54,330 bases of DNA from Hyphochytrium catenoides (lineage: Eukaryota; Protista; Hyphochytriomycota): contig FLMG01001776.1 in the NCBI GenBank assembly GCA_900088475.1, positions 1-54,330 on the forward strand. The letters are read 5' to 3'. The notes under the pieces are model-generated. The model did not search any database, was not told the DNA's origin, and was given only the letters and a program-made list of their open reading frames with translations. The translations under genes were made by a program, and so were the position numbers. Shown piece by piece: positions 26,351-37,550 of this stretch. Positions within the stretch are counted from its first letter, which is position 1; the number at the start of each line of letters is the position of its first letter.

Positions 26351-27084
26351 CTCTTCTCCCAGGAAGCAATAGCAAAAGGCAAGGAAGTCACATTGATAGG
26401 CAGGAAGAGGACAAGTGACGGCGGAGAAGCAAAGACTGCTCTTTTGTTGGGTCAGGTTGTCAGAGGTTTATCCATCACGGTTTATCAGCCCCGAAAGATG
26501 GTATTTTAAATGGTTTCGTCACTCCCAAGCAGACTAAGTGCGTCAAGAAGAGGAAACAAGAGCCGTACGCCAGCAGCAATGACAGGGAGAGGAAAGAGAG
26601 AGAGAGAGAAGACGATAGGTCAACGGATCTTACCAGCGACGTATAGAGGCCAGAGCAGCAGGACCGGGACCAGATATCCCTTGCCGCAGTGCCCAACGCC
26701 CCGCGAGCTTCCTGCCGTGCTGCCAACTAGCTGCCTAGGTAGCAGCTTTCAAAATGCTCTGAGGTCGACAGACCTTCAGAGAGAGAGAGGAGCTCAAAGA
26801 GAGGAAGAGCAGCTGGTGGATGGCTGGTAGCCTGAGCCTGACTTCCTTGTCCTTTGCCTTTGAATTGACTGGAGGAGAAGAGATAGATGGCCGGCACTAC
26901 TGGGAGAGGCCTGGGGATGTTTGCAAGAGATTACACTTCAACTACAAAATATCTTTCAATCCTCACATTGTTGACAAGCAATTGGAGCAATATATTTTGT
27001 TTATTTCCGAAAAGGAATAGGTAACTTTCAGCGAAAAGATTAATCATTAACTCAGATCTTTTGGGTATCGGTGCCACGGAGATT

Positions 27085-27312
27085 CAGAATTGAGAATTCA
27101 GATCTTCAGATCTTCGGATCTTCGGGTCTTTGGGGTGATGGAGATCTTTATTGGCCGCGCTGGTCGCTCCTACGAACACACTTGGAAGAAGCAAGAGGGA
27201 GGAACGAGGGTTGTCCCCTTGTACACTGGAGCGCGGTATCTGAAGAGCACCACCGCCACCATGGATCCTCACATCATCTCCACCCATTCTCCACCCATTC
27301 TCCACCCATTCA
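27085..27312. repeat. Cluster of short tandem repeats: (CAGATCTT/CGGATCTT)x4 at ~27099-27130 and (CTCCACCCATT)x3 at ~27278-27310
   Basis: Directly visible; not GA-type microsatellites. Confidence 0.8.
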
Positions 27313-27476
27313 ACGCTCCCAGGATACCCCTCAAGAGATCGATCCCCGCCCTATGAAACCCTTCCCGATTCTTCAGCATCATTGCATCGTCTACCAAGTA
27401 GTGGGAGTACGGCCAGGTAGTTTATTTACTAATTGTCTAATCGACCACTTCCATTTGTTTGTATGCAGTAGACTTG

Positions 27477-30271
27477 CTAGATGGCCTTGTTATCACTACT
27501 TGGTACAGGTAACTGCTCCTTGACCCATCCCAAGATATCCCTCAACAGATCATCGTCCTTTGAAACCCTTTTCCCATCCTTCAGCGGCGATAGCAGCGAC
27601 TGGCTGATGGAGAGGAGGAAATGGGCACTCGTATCTTCGAAGTGATCTCTTGCTCTGCAGCCTTCTGAGTGACCTTCACCTTCACTCTGCTCCTGTTGCC
27701 GGAAGCTACTCGCATAAGCCTGACAGAACCTTCCATGCCCTTCGTCAGCGACGTCTCCATGCACATCTCTCTCTTCTTCGAATGAGCAAGATTGGGAGTC
27801 TGAACGGCAGTGACAGCCTTGTTAGCTATCAATGCAAGCTCAGCTGTGAAGAGGCGCTTTCGGAGAGAGAGATACGTCTCCATCGGCAAACGGGGCTTCG
27901 GGAGCTTGTCTCTCATTAGGAAAAAGTACACTTCCACCACGGTGGTAGTGTCAATCACCCTCTCTCTCACACTGCGCAAAAGGTTTGCCCGCAAGAGGTA
28001 GTGGGGCCACAATAGCGCCACAGGTGTCCAGCACTCGAGGACAGAAGAAAGGATTCTCAATGAGAGAGGAAGATTATCAGCAGACCCTTTCAAGAGCCGG
28101 ACTATAGCACTGCATGCAACAGAGACCGTAGTCGCCATACACGTAGTGGTTTCTCGTGATAAGGATAGAGGCCGTTTTGTCCGTCTCTGTTGCGAACAAG
28201 TCCTCGTCGTATCTCGCGCTGACCTTCTCTGGGTAGAAGGACATATTGCTCAGCATTTCGACAGCCGTCCAGAGGCGCAGCACCCAGGACAATTTGAAAT
28301 CACCGCGTATGGCGAGGGATACTGAACGATAGAGGCGATTCCCATCTGCAGGAACCTCGACCGGCATAAGCTTGGCCTTCTGAACCGCAGCCGTGGTCAG
28401 GAGAATGCGTCTGATGTCCAGCATATCTGGAAGGCTTCCTTTCGGTGATGGTAGTCTAAGAGAAGCAGCGACAGGATTCCTTCTCGTTCGGTTGCTGCTG
28501 AGTAGGGAGCCTTTGTCTTGTTGGCCCTGCTCGGCTAGACCCTGCTCGGACTTAGGTGAGTCAGTGGGGGATGACGACTATCGGCTATGATCCTCAAAGA
28601 TAGAGGCAAAGCCAGAGAGAGACACGGAGCATCATCCAATAAATCTTCCGAATGGGTGAGGGATCACGAGGAGTAGTTTCTTCTCATTCCAAGGGCTCCT
28701 CTGCTAGGTCTATTGACGAGATCCGTCATCCTAGCACTATCGAGTCCCGTCTGCTTTCTAAGGAAATAGAATAGACCCAGGGCGCCCAGACCACTTCCTT
28801 GATGGGCGATGGATCGACAGAGAGAGGCAGCAAAAGAGAAGTTCTAGACGCAGCGCGAGACAATGCCTAAATCGCGAGGAAGACAGATAACAGATGCTCG
28901 TTAGTTATGAAGAACTTATCGATCCGCACGGGGCTGGTCAGAGGCTGCAAGGACTGCGTCCAAAGACAATGGCTAGACATTGTTGCCTAGTGTCGCAATC
29001 TATAGGTTTAGCGTACTCAGGAGGTGCAGACTCTAGTAGTGAGGTACGTAGAAGAGAGAGCACAATGAAAAGCTTCCTCTCCAATGGATCGCTGGACTTT
29101 TGGCTTGACAACAGTCTGTACAAACGAGCTGATCTCCTGCTCCCTTCTTTGTTCTTGCTTCTTTCTTAACTACCTCTCTCGGTTATCCTTTTGCGCTACT
29201 CTATTGGCATGCGTCTGGGCAAAGGCAAACCTAATGCCGCTGCGACTCCTCGGAGGTCGTACTTCTCTGCAGCTTTTAGCAGTGTGGCTGCCAGTAGATC
29301 CTTCCCTTCCGTAACGTTGGCTTCTCTCTCTTCAAAGCCTTTTCTTAGGATTTGGTAAAGTTCAGGCACACCGTACCTGAAGAGGGAGAGAGAGACAGAG
29401 TCAAAGACAGATCGAAGAGACAGTGGCAGAGGTAGAGAAGAAGAGGAGCTCTGGCAGGAGCCTCCATTGACCGGTGATAGAGTGAAAGGCGTAGAAAAGA
29501 CAACAAGACACGTGACTCAGGGAAGGAAGAGAAGAGCTGTTTACACGCATCAGTAAGGGCGTTGCAGGACTGCGGAGCTAGGATGGGATTCTCTCCTACT
29601 TTAGCTTGAGGCTTGTGGCTAGACCATCGCACGTTTGCCTAGCTAGGTTCCACAGCTTCTTCTCTCTTTGCTCCGCCTTCAGTTTGGCCGATTCTTTCTC
29701 CAGCTTCTTTTTTCCTGCCAATCGCCATGGCGCGTCTTCCTCTCTTTTGTGCACTGCACCTGCTGGGGGATTGGAAGGGACTACCTTCTTAACAGCAGAA
29801 GGCCCTGCAAACCGAGAAAAGAGGGAGCGAGAGAAGAGAAGGAGGAAGGGAGAGAGATAGACAGGCAGATGGAGAGACCGGGAGAGAGAGAGAGAGAGCG
29901 CGAGCAGGGGCGTCAGACCTACATAGGATGACACTCGAACAAGCTTCTGAGCCGTCAGTGTCCGCTGTTGCTAATATTCTCTCCTAGACTCCCTCTTCTC
30001 CTTCTCTCTTCTCCTACCTTCTCCTGGTCCTCGATCTCTCTTTCTCTTTCCTCTCTCACTGGAATTCTACTCCCTCGCAGAGGCTCTTCCTCATCTGATA
30101 TCCAGTCCTTCTCCACTATTCTGCCTTCACTGTTTTGTCTCTTCGTTCAAGATCTCCCGTTCGACCTTTCGTTGATGTATCAGCTACTTACAGCTACTTA
30201 CCAGGCTGGGCTTCATTATCTGAGGTGACAGCTGAAGGCTCGCGGGACTCTGAAGAAGGATTATCAGCCAT
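27477..30271 (-). CDS. Uncharacterised spliced gene (or decaying gene) containing an OTU/vertnin-like domain with Arg at the catalytic Cys position
   Basis: Candidate exons: 30271-30202 (MADNPSSES...; gtaagt donor), ~29804-29600 (Lys/Glu-rich), from ~29376 (KYGVPELYQILRKG...) and ~28577-28111 (..PVEVPADGNRLYRSVSLAIRGDFKLSWVLRLWTAVEML...YGDYGLCCMQ). A ~55-nt intron or frameshift then leads to ILSSVLECWTPVALLWP. The gene ends and exon connectivity are uncertain. Confidence 0.45.
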
Positions 30272-31812
30272 CCTGACTCCTACCACTGCTAGTGATCGCT
30301 CCCTTTCTTGGCACTTCTTCTTTCCTTTTGTGTCCCTATCTTTCTACACTTCTTAGGTCTCCCTTCTGCAGGGCTAGTGGTCTTTCATTGCCTCTTCCTT
30401 TACGCTCTCTCCTTTTCTTCGACGACCTCTTGAAGCCCGGGTAACGTCAGTGATAAGAACGCTGAATCTCTCTCCTCCTTGGAGTCTTATCTTCCCTTAG
30501 CCCGGGACATGGAGAGAGAGCTTTCACAGGAATGAGAAGGTTAAGCAGCGACAAGGATTCGCGGAATCGCCCCTAAAGGCTGATGATGGCAGAAGGACAG
30601 AAGTAACAGAAAGGCAGACCCGGTGAGAGATGGATAGTTGGTGCCCTAAGATCTATTCTTAATGGCTTGTGTCCAAAGCCCTCCTGCACTATCGAAGGAA
30701 GCTGGACCATATCCAAAGCTCCTGAAGAGTTGGTAAAAAGTCACTGACGGGAAAGGGACATATAGGAAAGGAGGTTGTGGACCAAACAAGAAAGAGTCAG
30801 GACTAGACCACACAGAGGTCGTAGAGGGTAAAAAAAGCAGATAAGAGGGAAAGGAGAGAAAAGAGAGAGAAGAAAGAGGGAGAGAGAGAGAAAAAAGAGA
30901 GAGAGAGAAAGAGGGAAAGAGAGAGAGAGAGAAAGAGAGAAAGAGAGAGAGAGAGAAGAGGGAGAGAGAGAAAAAGAAAGAAAGAGAGAGAGGGAGAGAG
31001 AGAGAAGAGAAAGAGAGAGACACAGAGAGAGGGAGAGAAAGAAAAAGAGGCAGAGAGAGAGATGNNNNNNNNNNNNNNNNNNNNNNNNNNNNNNNNNNNN
31101 NNNNNNNNNNNNNNNAGAGAGAGAGAAGAGAGAAGAGAGAAGAGAGAGAAGAGAGAAGAGGAGAGTACTTGTTGAAGAAAGGGAGGAAAGAACACTGGAA
31201 GAACAAGTTGTCAAGAGAACCTTGTAACGCCCCAATTCAGTTATCAAGTCTCAAGAGATACAGATCTCTTTTATGATAATCCTTACGAACCACTCGTATT
31301 CTTCTCCCAAGACTTCGAATACAAGACAGAGCATGTCCTAACGAGGTAGAGTCAGATATCAGGTAGATATAAACAGTTTATGTATAGTAAGAGTCACGGT
31401 CAGGGGGGCAAAGATATGATGTATGACGCAAAGAGAAAGAGGAGAAATGTGAAGAATCTTCATCTTCTTCAGTCTCTTCCAGACTTCAGACAACGCAAAA
31501 GATCTGCTATTGCCATCGCGCCAAAGGGCTTGAGTCCGACTTATCGCGTCCTGACGGAGCCTCAGACTGTCTTCTCATTGCTCTCCACAATGAGCGTACC
31601 TGGTCAAAACATGTCAGAAGGGGTGAAGAGGACCCGTGAGGTCTGACAGGAAGCATCTGAACTTCTGTAAGTCAACTCCCCTTGGGGCCCTAGCTTCAAC
31701 AGACAAGACGCATCCATCGGGTGTCTGCAAAGAAGAAGACAGAGAAAGAGAGAGACAACGGGGGCTGGAGGAGGAGGAGGGTAATCTGGTGGATTCTTCT
31801 ATAGCTGGTGCG

Positions 31813-33328
31813 ATGGCGTTCCGACTTCAGAGAGCGACGGTGATCCGAGGGCTCGTGCTGCTGCTGCTCTTGGCGGGAGCCATCGCCTTCATAATTCTGA
31901 TGAAGCACCATACACAGGAGCTCGCCAAAGTGGCGGAATGGTTTAGGGTAAGCCCTATGTCACGCCTGTAGGCTCCACCTCTACTTATATCGTTTCCTTC
32001 GTATGCGTTCCCCCTCTGACATCAGTGACAATTGGATGCCTCCGCTAACCACCGCTCTATTCTGTCTTCTACTTGCGCTTCCCTCGCATCCTGCTTTCAC
32101 TCCCTCTTTCTCCATCTCTTTGCATTGACCTCCTTTCCGCTCTTCCTCTTTCTATATACCTTACTCTCTGTCTTTCGCCTCCTTCGCTCCACGTCCTCGT
32201 CACCTCATTTCCCTCTCCCGCTGTCCGTCCTCTTCCCCTTATGATCCAGTTCCAGGGAGACCATTATCTCCTCATCTTCAAAGCCACGTGGCAATTTCCT
32301 TCGTATGCGGTGGCCATGTGTTGTCCCTATCCGACTCACTTCTTGATTTGTTGTTAGACCTCAGGCTGGCTTGGTGCTCTGGCCTTCGTTTTCGCTATGC
32401 AGATCTGGTTCCTTTTCTGGTACGCTTTCGTCCTCCTTCGCTTCATCGTTCCCTATATGTCTCCTCCCTCTCTGTCTCTTCCCTGCCTCCCTCCCCTTTT
32501 TGATTATCAATCGACTCACTTGAGTCCCAGTTATCTACGCACCTGGCCTCTCTATCTTGTACTTTCGTAGTGCGAACACGGCATTGTACCCTGTCCTTTT
32601 CTCTCTTTGCTCCGCTCTCCCCTGGACTCCGGCTTCTAGTTCGTTGCATTATCTGTGCCTTGCCCATCATCGTCCAATATTAAGGCTCAGCTCTCTCTTC
32701 CTCGTGCAGCATGCCATCCAGCATTTTTGAGATCTTAGCTGGGTACCTCTATAACTTTACGCTCCTAGGGTTTGCAATCACGACAACAGGGAAGATTCTA
32801 GGCAGCACTCTCTCTTTCCTAACTGCCCGCTTTCTCTTCAGAGAATGGGTGGCTGCCCACTTAGAGCACCGTTACGCTCTCTTCAAAGCGCTCCGCCACT
32901 TAGTGCACCACGATCCTGTCAAGTCTGTAGTGCTTCTTCGCTTTGCTCTCATCCCAATGGCACTGAAGAACTACGGGCTCGGTGTGCTAGATGTCCCTCT
33001 CTCTCTTTTCCTCCCTCTCTCGCTCTGCACGGGTGTCCCTTTCACACTTGCCTTGCTATATATGGGAAGCAAGGCAAAGCACGTGACGGATATTATAGAG
33101 GGAGGAGGAGACATAGGGAAGGGAGATGTGACACAGCTTGTGCTCTTAGGCGCGAGCATGCTGGCCACTGTGGTGATTATAGGGATTATTGGCTATTATA
33201 CCAAGCAGTACATGCTGCACCTTATCCCTGACTCGGACGGAGAGGAAGAGGAAGAAGAGGCACTGAAGGCTCAGGAGGCAGAGCCTTTTCTGCCCAAGAG
33301 TGCCAGAGGGAGACCTGTAGTACAGTAG
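31813..33328 (+). CDS. VTT/DedA (SNARE-associated Golgi protein; Tvp38/TMEM64-like) membrane protein, ~271 aa
   Basis: Exons 31813-31947, 32358-32419 and 32710-33328 are phase-compatible. Motifs: P(SSIFEILA)GYLY, GKILGSTLSFLTARFLFREWV, VLLRFALIPMALKNYGLGV, LLYMG. Several TM segments. Stop TAG. Confidence 0.9.
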
Positions 33329-33571
33329 ACACAAAAGGAAGGGGAAAAAGACATAAGTGAGCAGAGAGAAATAGTTAGAGAGCGCACCTGCCCATGATTT
33401 GACAAAGAGAAGAGCGACGAAACAACCAGAGGGGCCCGTAGCGCTAGGGGGACTGAAAACTTTTGCCTGGCCCTAACGCTACCTACCTCTTCGTTGTCCA
33501 CCCAGCCGGTCCTCGTCCAACAATCCCTGTGCTCCAATATGCCTATTGACCACTCCTATTTTCAGCTCTGT

Positions 33572-35888
33572 CTAAGCTGCGTGCACAAGTGACACATTGT
33601 CGCCTCGAATAAATAATTGCTTCACATGTCGGTACCTAAGAGCAACCATCAGCGCCAGTAGAATTGTGTGAAATAGGGACGAAAGGGATCTGGTACAGAG
33701 AGACTTCATCGAAGACTAGCAAAGGGGTTTCCCACTCACTCGAGCAGAAGAGACCGCTTGTGATAACGGAGAAAATTGCCACAGAAAAGGCTCAAAGGAC
33801 AGAGTGCGCTTCTTTCTAAGGCTGCGCTATGGAGCGATGGGATCGAAAGAGAAGAGTAGATGCTTAAAACAGCAGGCCCGCAAGTATTCGGTCGCCCCTT
33901 CCTTTCCCTTCTCTCCTTACCGCACTGTATCTTCGACCACTCTATCTCTCCAAGGCTCCTTGGCGGCCATTCTATCAGCAGAAAGACCAGCAAAGGCCTT
34001 CAACCTAGTGGTGTAGCCTCTCAGGCTTGATGGAAGAGACGGCTCCTCGTCAAGCTCCATTTTCTTCTCATCCTCTCTCTCTCTCACCCGATCTCTGCCC
34101 TTCACGAGAAAGATCTCGTCGACATCTAGTAGAGCCAGGTTGAGGTGCTTGTCATATCCGTGTAAGAATCCTAGGCAAAAGCCTCGAATAGAGTTCACCC
34201 GCCGAACCATGATGCAGACTCGTTTTCTTCTTTCATAGAGGGCAGCGAGCACACTGTATGGTCCAGATGATGTGTGAGCTGCAAGCGGAAGCGGAGAAGG
34301 GAGGACGGCCAAAGTGAGGAAGGAAAGGATGAAGCTGTATACGCCGCAAAGCAAGGAGATATAACGACGCAAGAGAGAGCAATCAACAAAGGTTGACAAG
34401 CTCTAGCAGCAAACCGTGCAGACTGTACGAGGCTCTGTCTCTCCCTCAAGCTTTCAATCCTTCATGGTTCGCTACCTTTGATCTTGCATATAGTACCTCT
34501 TACCTGCAATGATATCAAGAACTGGTTGGATCTTTCTGGCTGGCCTCGTGCTATCTATGGAAACCCTTAGTTAAGTCTTGCAAGCTCTTCCATGCAAAGT
34601 GATACATTTAATGTCCTTCTTACCTTTGGTTGGCTTCGAAGCGGTAGCCTTTGGTCCTCTCTCCGTGGCGAGCGATGCATCCAGCTGCAAAGTATAAATG
34701 AGGCATAGCAACCGTGAAAAAGGCGCAACAAGAATGACAAAGAGAGTCAGAGGATTACGTAGAGAGGACAGTGAACTTGTTAGCAGACAGAACACCACGC
34801 GCTTTGGAAGCCACAGAAGCGAGCGGAGAGGACGGGAACGGTCACCGCCAACTTGCAAGCAGACGGTAAATGAAAGAGAAACTTCTTAACCAAGAGAGGA
34901 GCCATTGCCATGGGAAAAGAGAGAGAAAGAGATATTAGGAGAGCCGTTAGTGAAGCGGAAGGACGGCAAAAGAGTGACACATACCAGAACTCTGCACTTG
35001 GAGAGGTTGTCGAGGGGTTCAGTGGATGAAGAACACACTAGTCCAAGTGTCTCTTCCTCTATTTGCAAAGCCAGAACCTTCTCAGGGTCGAAGAGAGAGG
35101 AGAAGACATTGAAGGCAGGATCTTTCAAGCCTGGTCTTCCTTTCGGATGCTTCCCATGTGTCTCCTTTCCCTCTTCTCCTAGATCTATGCCATGGGGGAT
35201 GTAGAGAGTCTCCCTGCGCCCTATGAGGGCCTCTATGGATGCTTCTAGCTCCTTGCGAAAGCTTTGTCTAGGATCAGAAGAGCCCGGCGCATCTATCTGA
35301 AGGGAGAGAGAGAGCCATCAGGCGACCCAAAGGATGGGAATGGGAAGAGAAGTAAAAGAGACTGAGCCCACGGGCGGATGGAAGTATAACAAGCAGGAGA
35401 GTGCTAGAAGGACGTTATAAGGCAGCCTGCAATGTTAAGATAGCGAGTCACTACCGCTGAGAGGCTCCCTGGCCGAGAGCTGGAGAAGTCTGGTGGGGCG
35501 CGAAGAAGAGAGACAGGCGCGCCATACTTCGCCTCAAGCTTTCTGAACAAGAGTTGCACCTTTCCTTTTGCTCTTGAGATGATCTCATCTCTGCAAAGAA
35601 TAATAGAACCGCGTTCAGTGAAAGAAAGGTGGTGAGGGGAAAGCAGGCAGACCTAAGTTGGGCCAAGACACAGCGCGGAGCCAACTGAACGATGCGTATG
35701 AAACTGAGCAATGTCGGTTGGAGAAGTAACAAAGAGGAAGGTGAGGCAATTAGGTCTTGAGAGAGAGAAGAGAAAAGAGTCCACAATGTCAATCAGAGGC
35801 TTATGTACATGTTCTCCGCTGCCTTCGGGTTATGCTCCAAGAAGTAGATCTGCAGCGAGTAGCGCAAAGAGGTGGCATCATCCTCCAT
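33572..35888 (-). CDS. LSM11: LSM11-like U7 snRNA-associated Sm-like protein with extra N-terminal helical domain
   Basis: LSM11-type N-terminal motif FNVFSSLFDPEKVL...EPLDNLSKCRVL. Sm1: GPYSVLAALYERRKRVCIMVRRVNSIRGFCLGFLHGYDKHLNLALLDVDEIF, followed by a long linker. Sm2 in the last exon (~33636-33572): RYRHVKQLFIRGDNVSLVHAA*. 5' exons 35888-35809 and 35590-35455 join in phase. Confidence 0.88.
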
Positions 35889-37550
35889 CCTCACTGAGTA
35901 GATGGACGCATCCCCAAAAGTCAGCTGAGATTGCCAGACTGCTTCTCCCTCTCTTAACCACTAAGTATCGCCCTCCAATGCTTTTCTGGGACGTGCTGCC
36001 TATTCCGATGTCAAATGGCGGGTTAAAAACGCGATAACTGATCTCTGCCTAGGAAGCTTCGCGTCTGAAGGATCTTCAAAAGCTCAGCCGTTGGGCGGTT
36101 CTCATTCTGAAGATCTTTATAAAGGTTTTTTGTCTGTTTGTGTAAGATCTGATTAAAGTTTAAAGGAATCCATAGGTGAAAGCTAGGGAAGAAAAGATAT
36201 CTTTTATATTATATAAGTACAAAAGATAATATATCGCTAAAATATGGAAATAACGCCGTTCATCGCCGTCATTGCCTTTCTGTCGATTTTCCTGTCTCCG
36301 TCAGGATCTGGGCCTCTCTCGGCCCTCCCATAGCCGTTCTCTCCACATGCAGCAGCAGTTGTGCTTGCCTTTTCTTCCCGTTGATCGATGATAGGCTGAC
36401 TCTGTGACCATTAACTTGGACTGAGCCCACCGAGGGACAGATGGGATAGAGGCGACCTAGGACATCTGCCATGTGGGCAGGCAGGTGCCAGATCGCCAAC
36501 AATCTGCATCAAGGGAATGTGTATAAAGTGGCATCATGGAGTTCTTTGCTGCTATCATCCCTTCTGAGACCGTCATGACGATCTGAATAGCTGGCCAGCT
36601 TGCACGGTCCCAGCGTTCGACGCAAGAGCACCTGCTCAGCACCAACGCCCTCCAGTATAGGTCTTGTGCTGGGGATGAGGGGCAAGAAGTGGGCGAAGGA
36701 GCTGCATCTTCAGAAGACTCTATTAAATATGCCGGAGGCGGCATGAGATCTCAGTATAAATTATCTATAAAGAAGTGAACGTTACAAGCTCTGACGCTCT
36801 TTCTGCTCTCCACGTCTGCTACTGCTGCGCCTGCCTAGTCCATTATAAACCTGGTGGATGCTGAGGAACGACAAGAGCGCTTCAAGGCTCAAAGCAAGTT
36901 AGAGGGATGAAAGGATGCCATAGAACCATTTAAACAGAAGAAGAAGCAGGGAAATGTGACGCCTTTCACTCCGGAGCGTGGTCTGTCGTAGATGGGACTC
37001 TAGCAGGAGGAGCATCTGCTGCCGGGTTGAAGGTAAACAACAGAGAAGAAAGGGTAATCAAAGGGACAAATATCTGAGGTGCCCGCTGCGTTGGAAGCTC
37101 GGCTGATCAACCCTCTTCAGAAGAGGAAAGATCGAGGCCGTTCATATGTCGTTGTGCAGGTTGTCCTCACCGTGAAACCTCCCCACTGGGTGCTGAGGCG
37201 ATCTACCATGGATATGTTGTCTTTATCGAGCAGCAGGATGAACGAGTAGGTTCAGGAAAGCCAACAATCTCTTAACATTCTATGTTTTATAACAAGGAAG
37301 TTGATACAATGAGATTAACGAGCGACTAGCGGCGGTCTCGCTCGTGTCTTGGTGCATTGAACGGCATTGCTGGGGCCGGTCACTTCTTCGAGAGAAGAAG
37401 AATGGCGCTGGAAGAACAAGTGAACGCCACGACATGCAAGAAGTCAGTTATAGAGATGACTCTAAGGGCTCTGACCAGCCAAGCAAGACATAATACGAAG
37501 GCGGAACAAGGTGAGCCCTAGAAACTTAAAGAGGGAGAATCAGGGTGGGC

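Noticed and set aside
30280-30510. Possible stop-codon reassignment (ATG at 30510 on - followed by in-frame TAAs)
   Set aside because: Well-supported genes end in TGA (XPR1-like, DUF1336 gene), TAA (HADH, WDR17) and TAG (VTT, LSM11), with no in-frame stops in conserved exons. The standard code fits.
5179-35888. Functional gene cluster or operon (phosphate export, beta-oxidation, lipid handling, RNA processing)
   Set aside because: The functions are unrelated, orientations are mixed and each gene has its own intergenic region: an ordinary eukaryotic neighbourhood.
36776-36840. GTTACAAGCTCT resembling the 5' end of vertebrate U7 snRNA near LSM11
   Set aside because: No U7 Sm site or 3' hairpin follows. 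TTTGTCTAG matches elsewhere (~35263, ~21918) lie in an exon antisense or at a splice acceptor.
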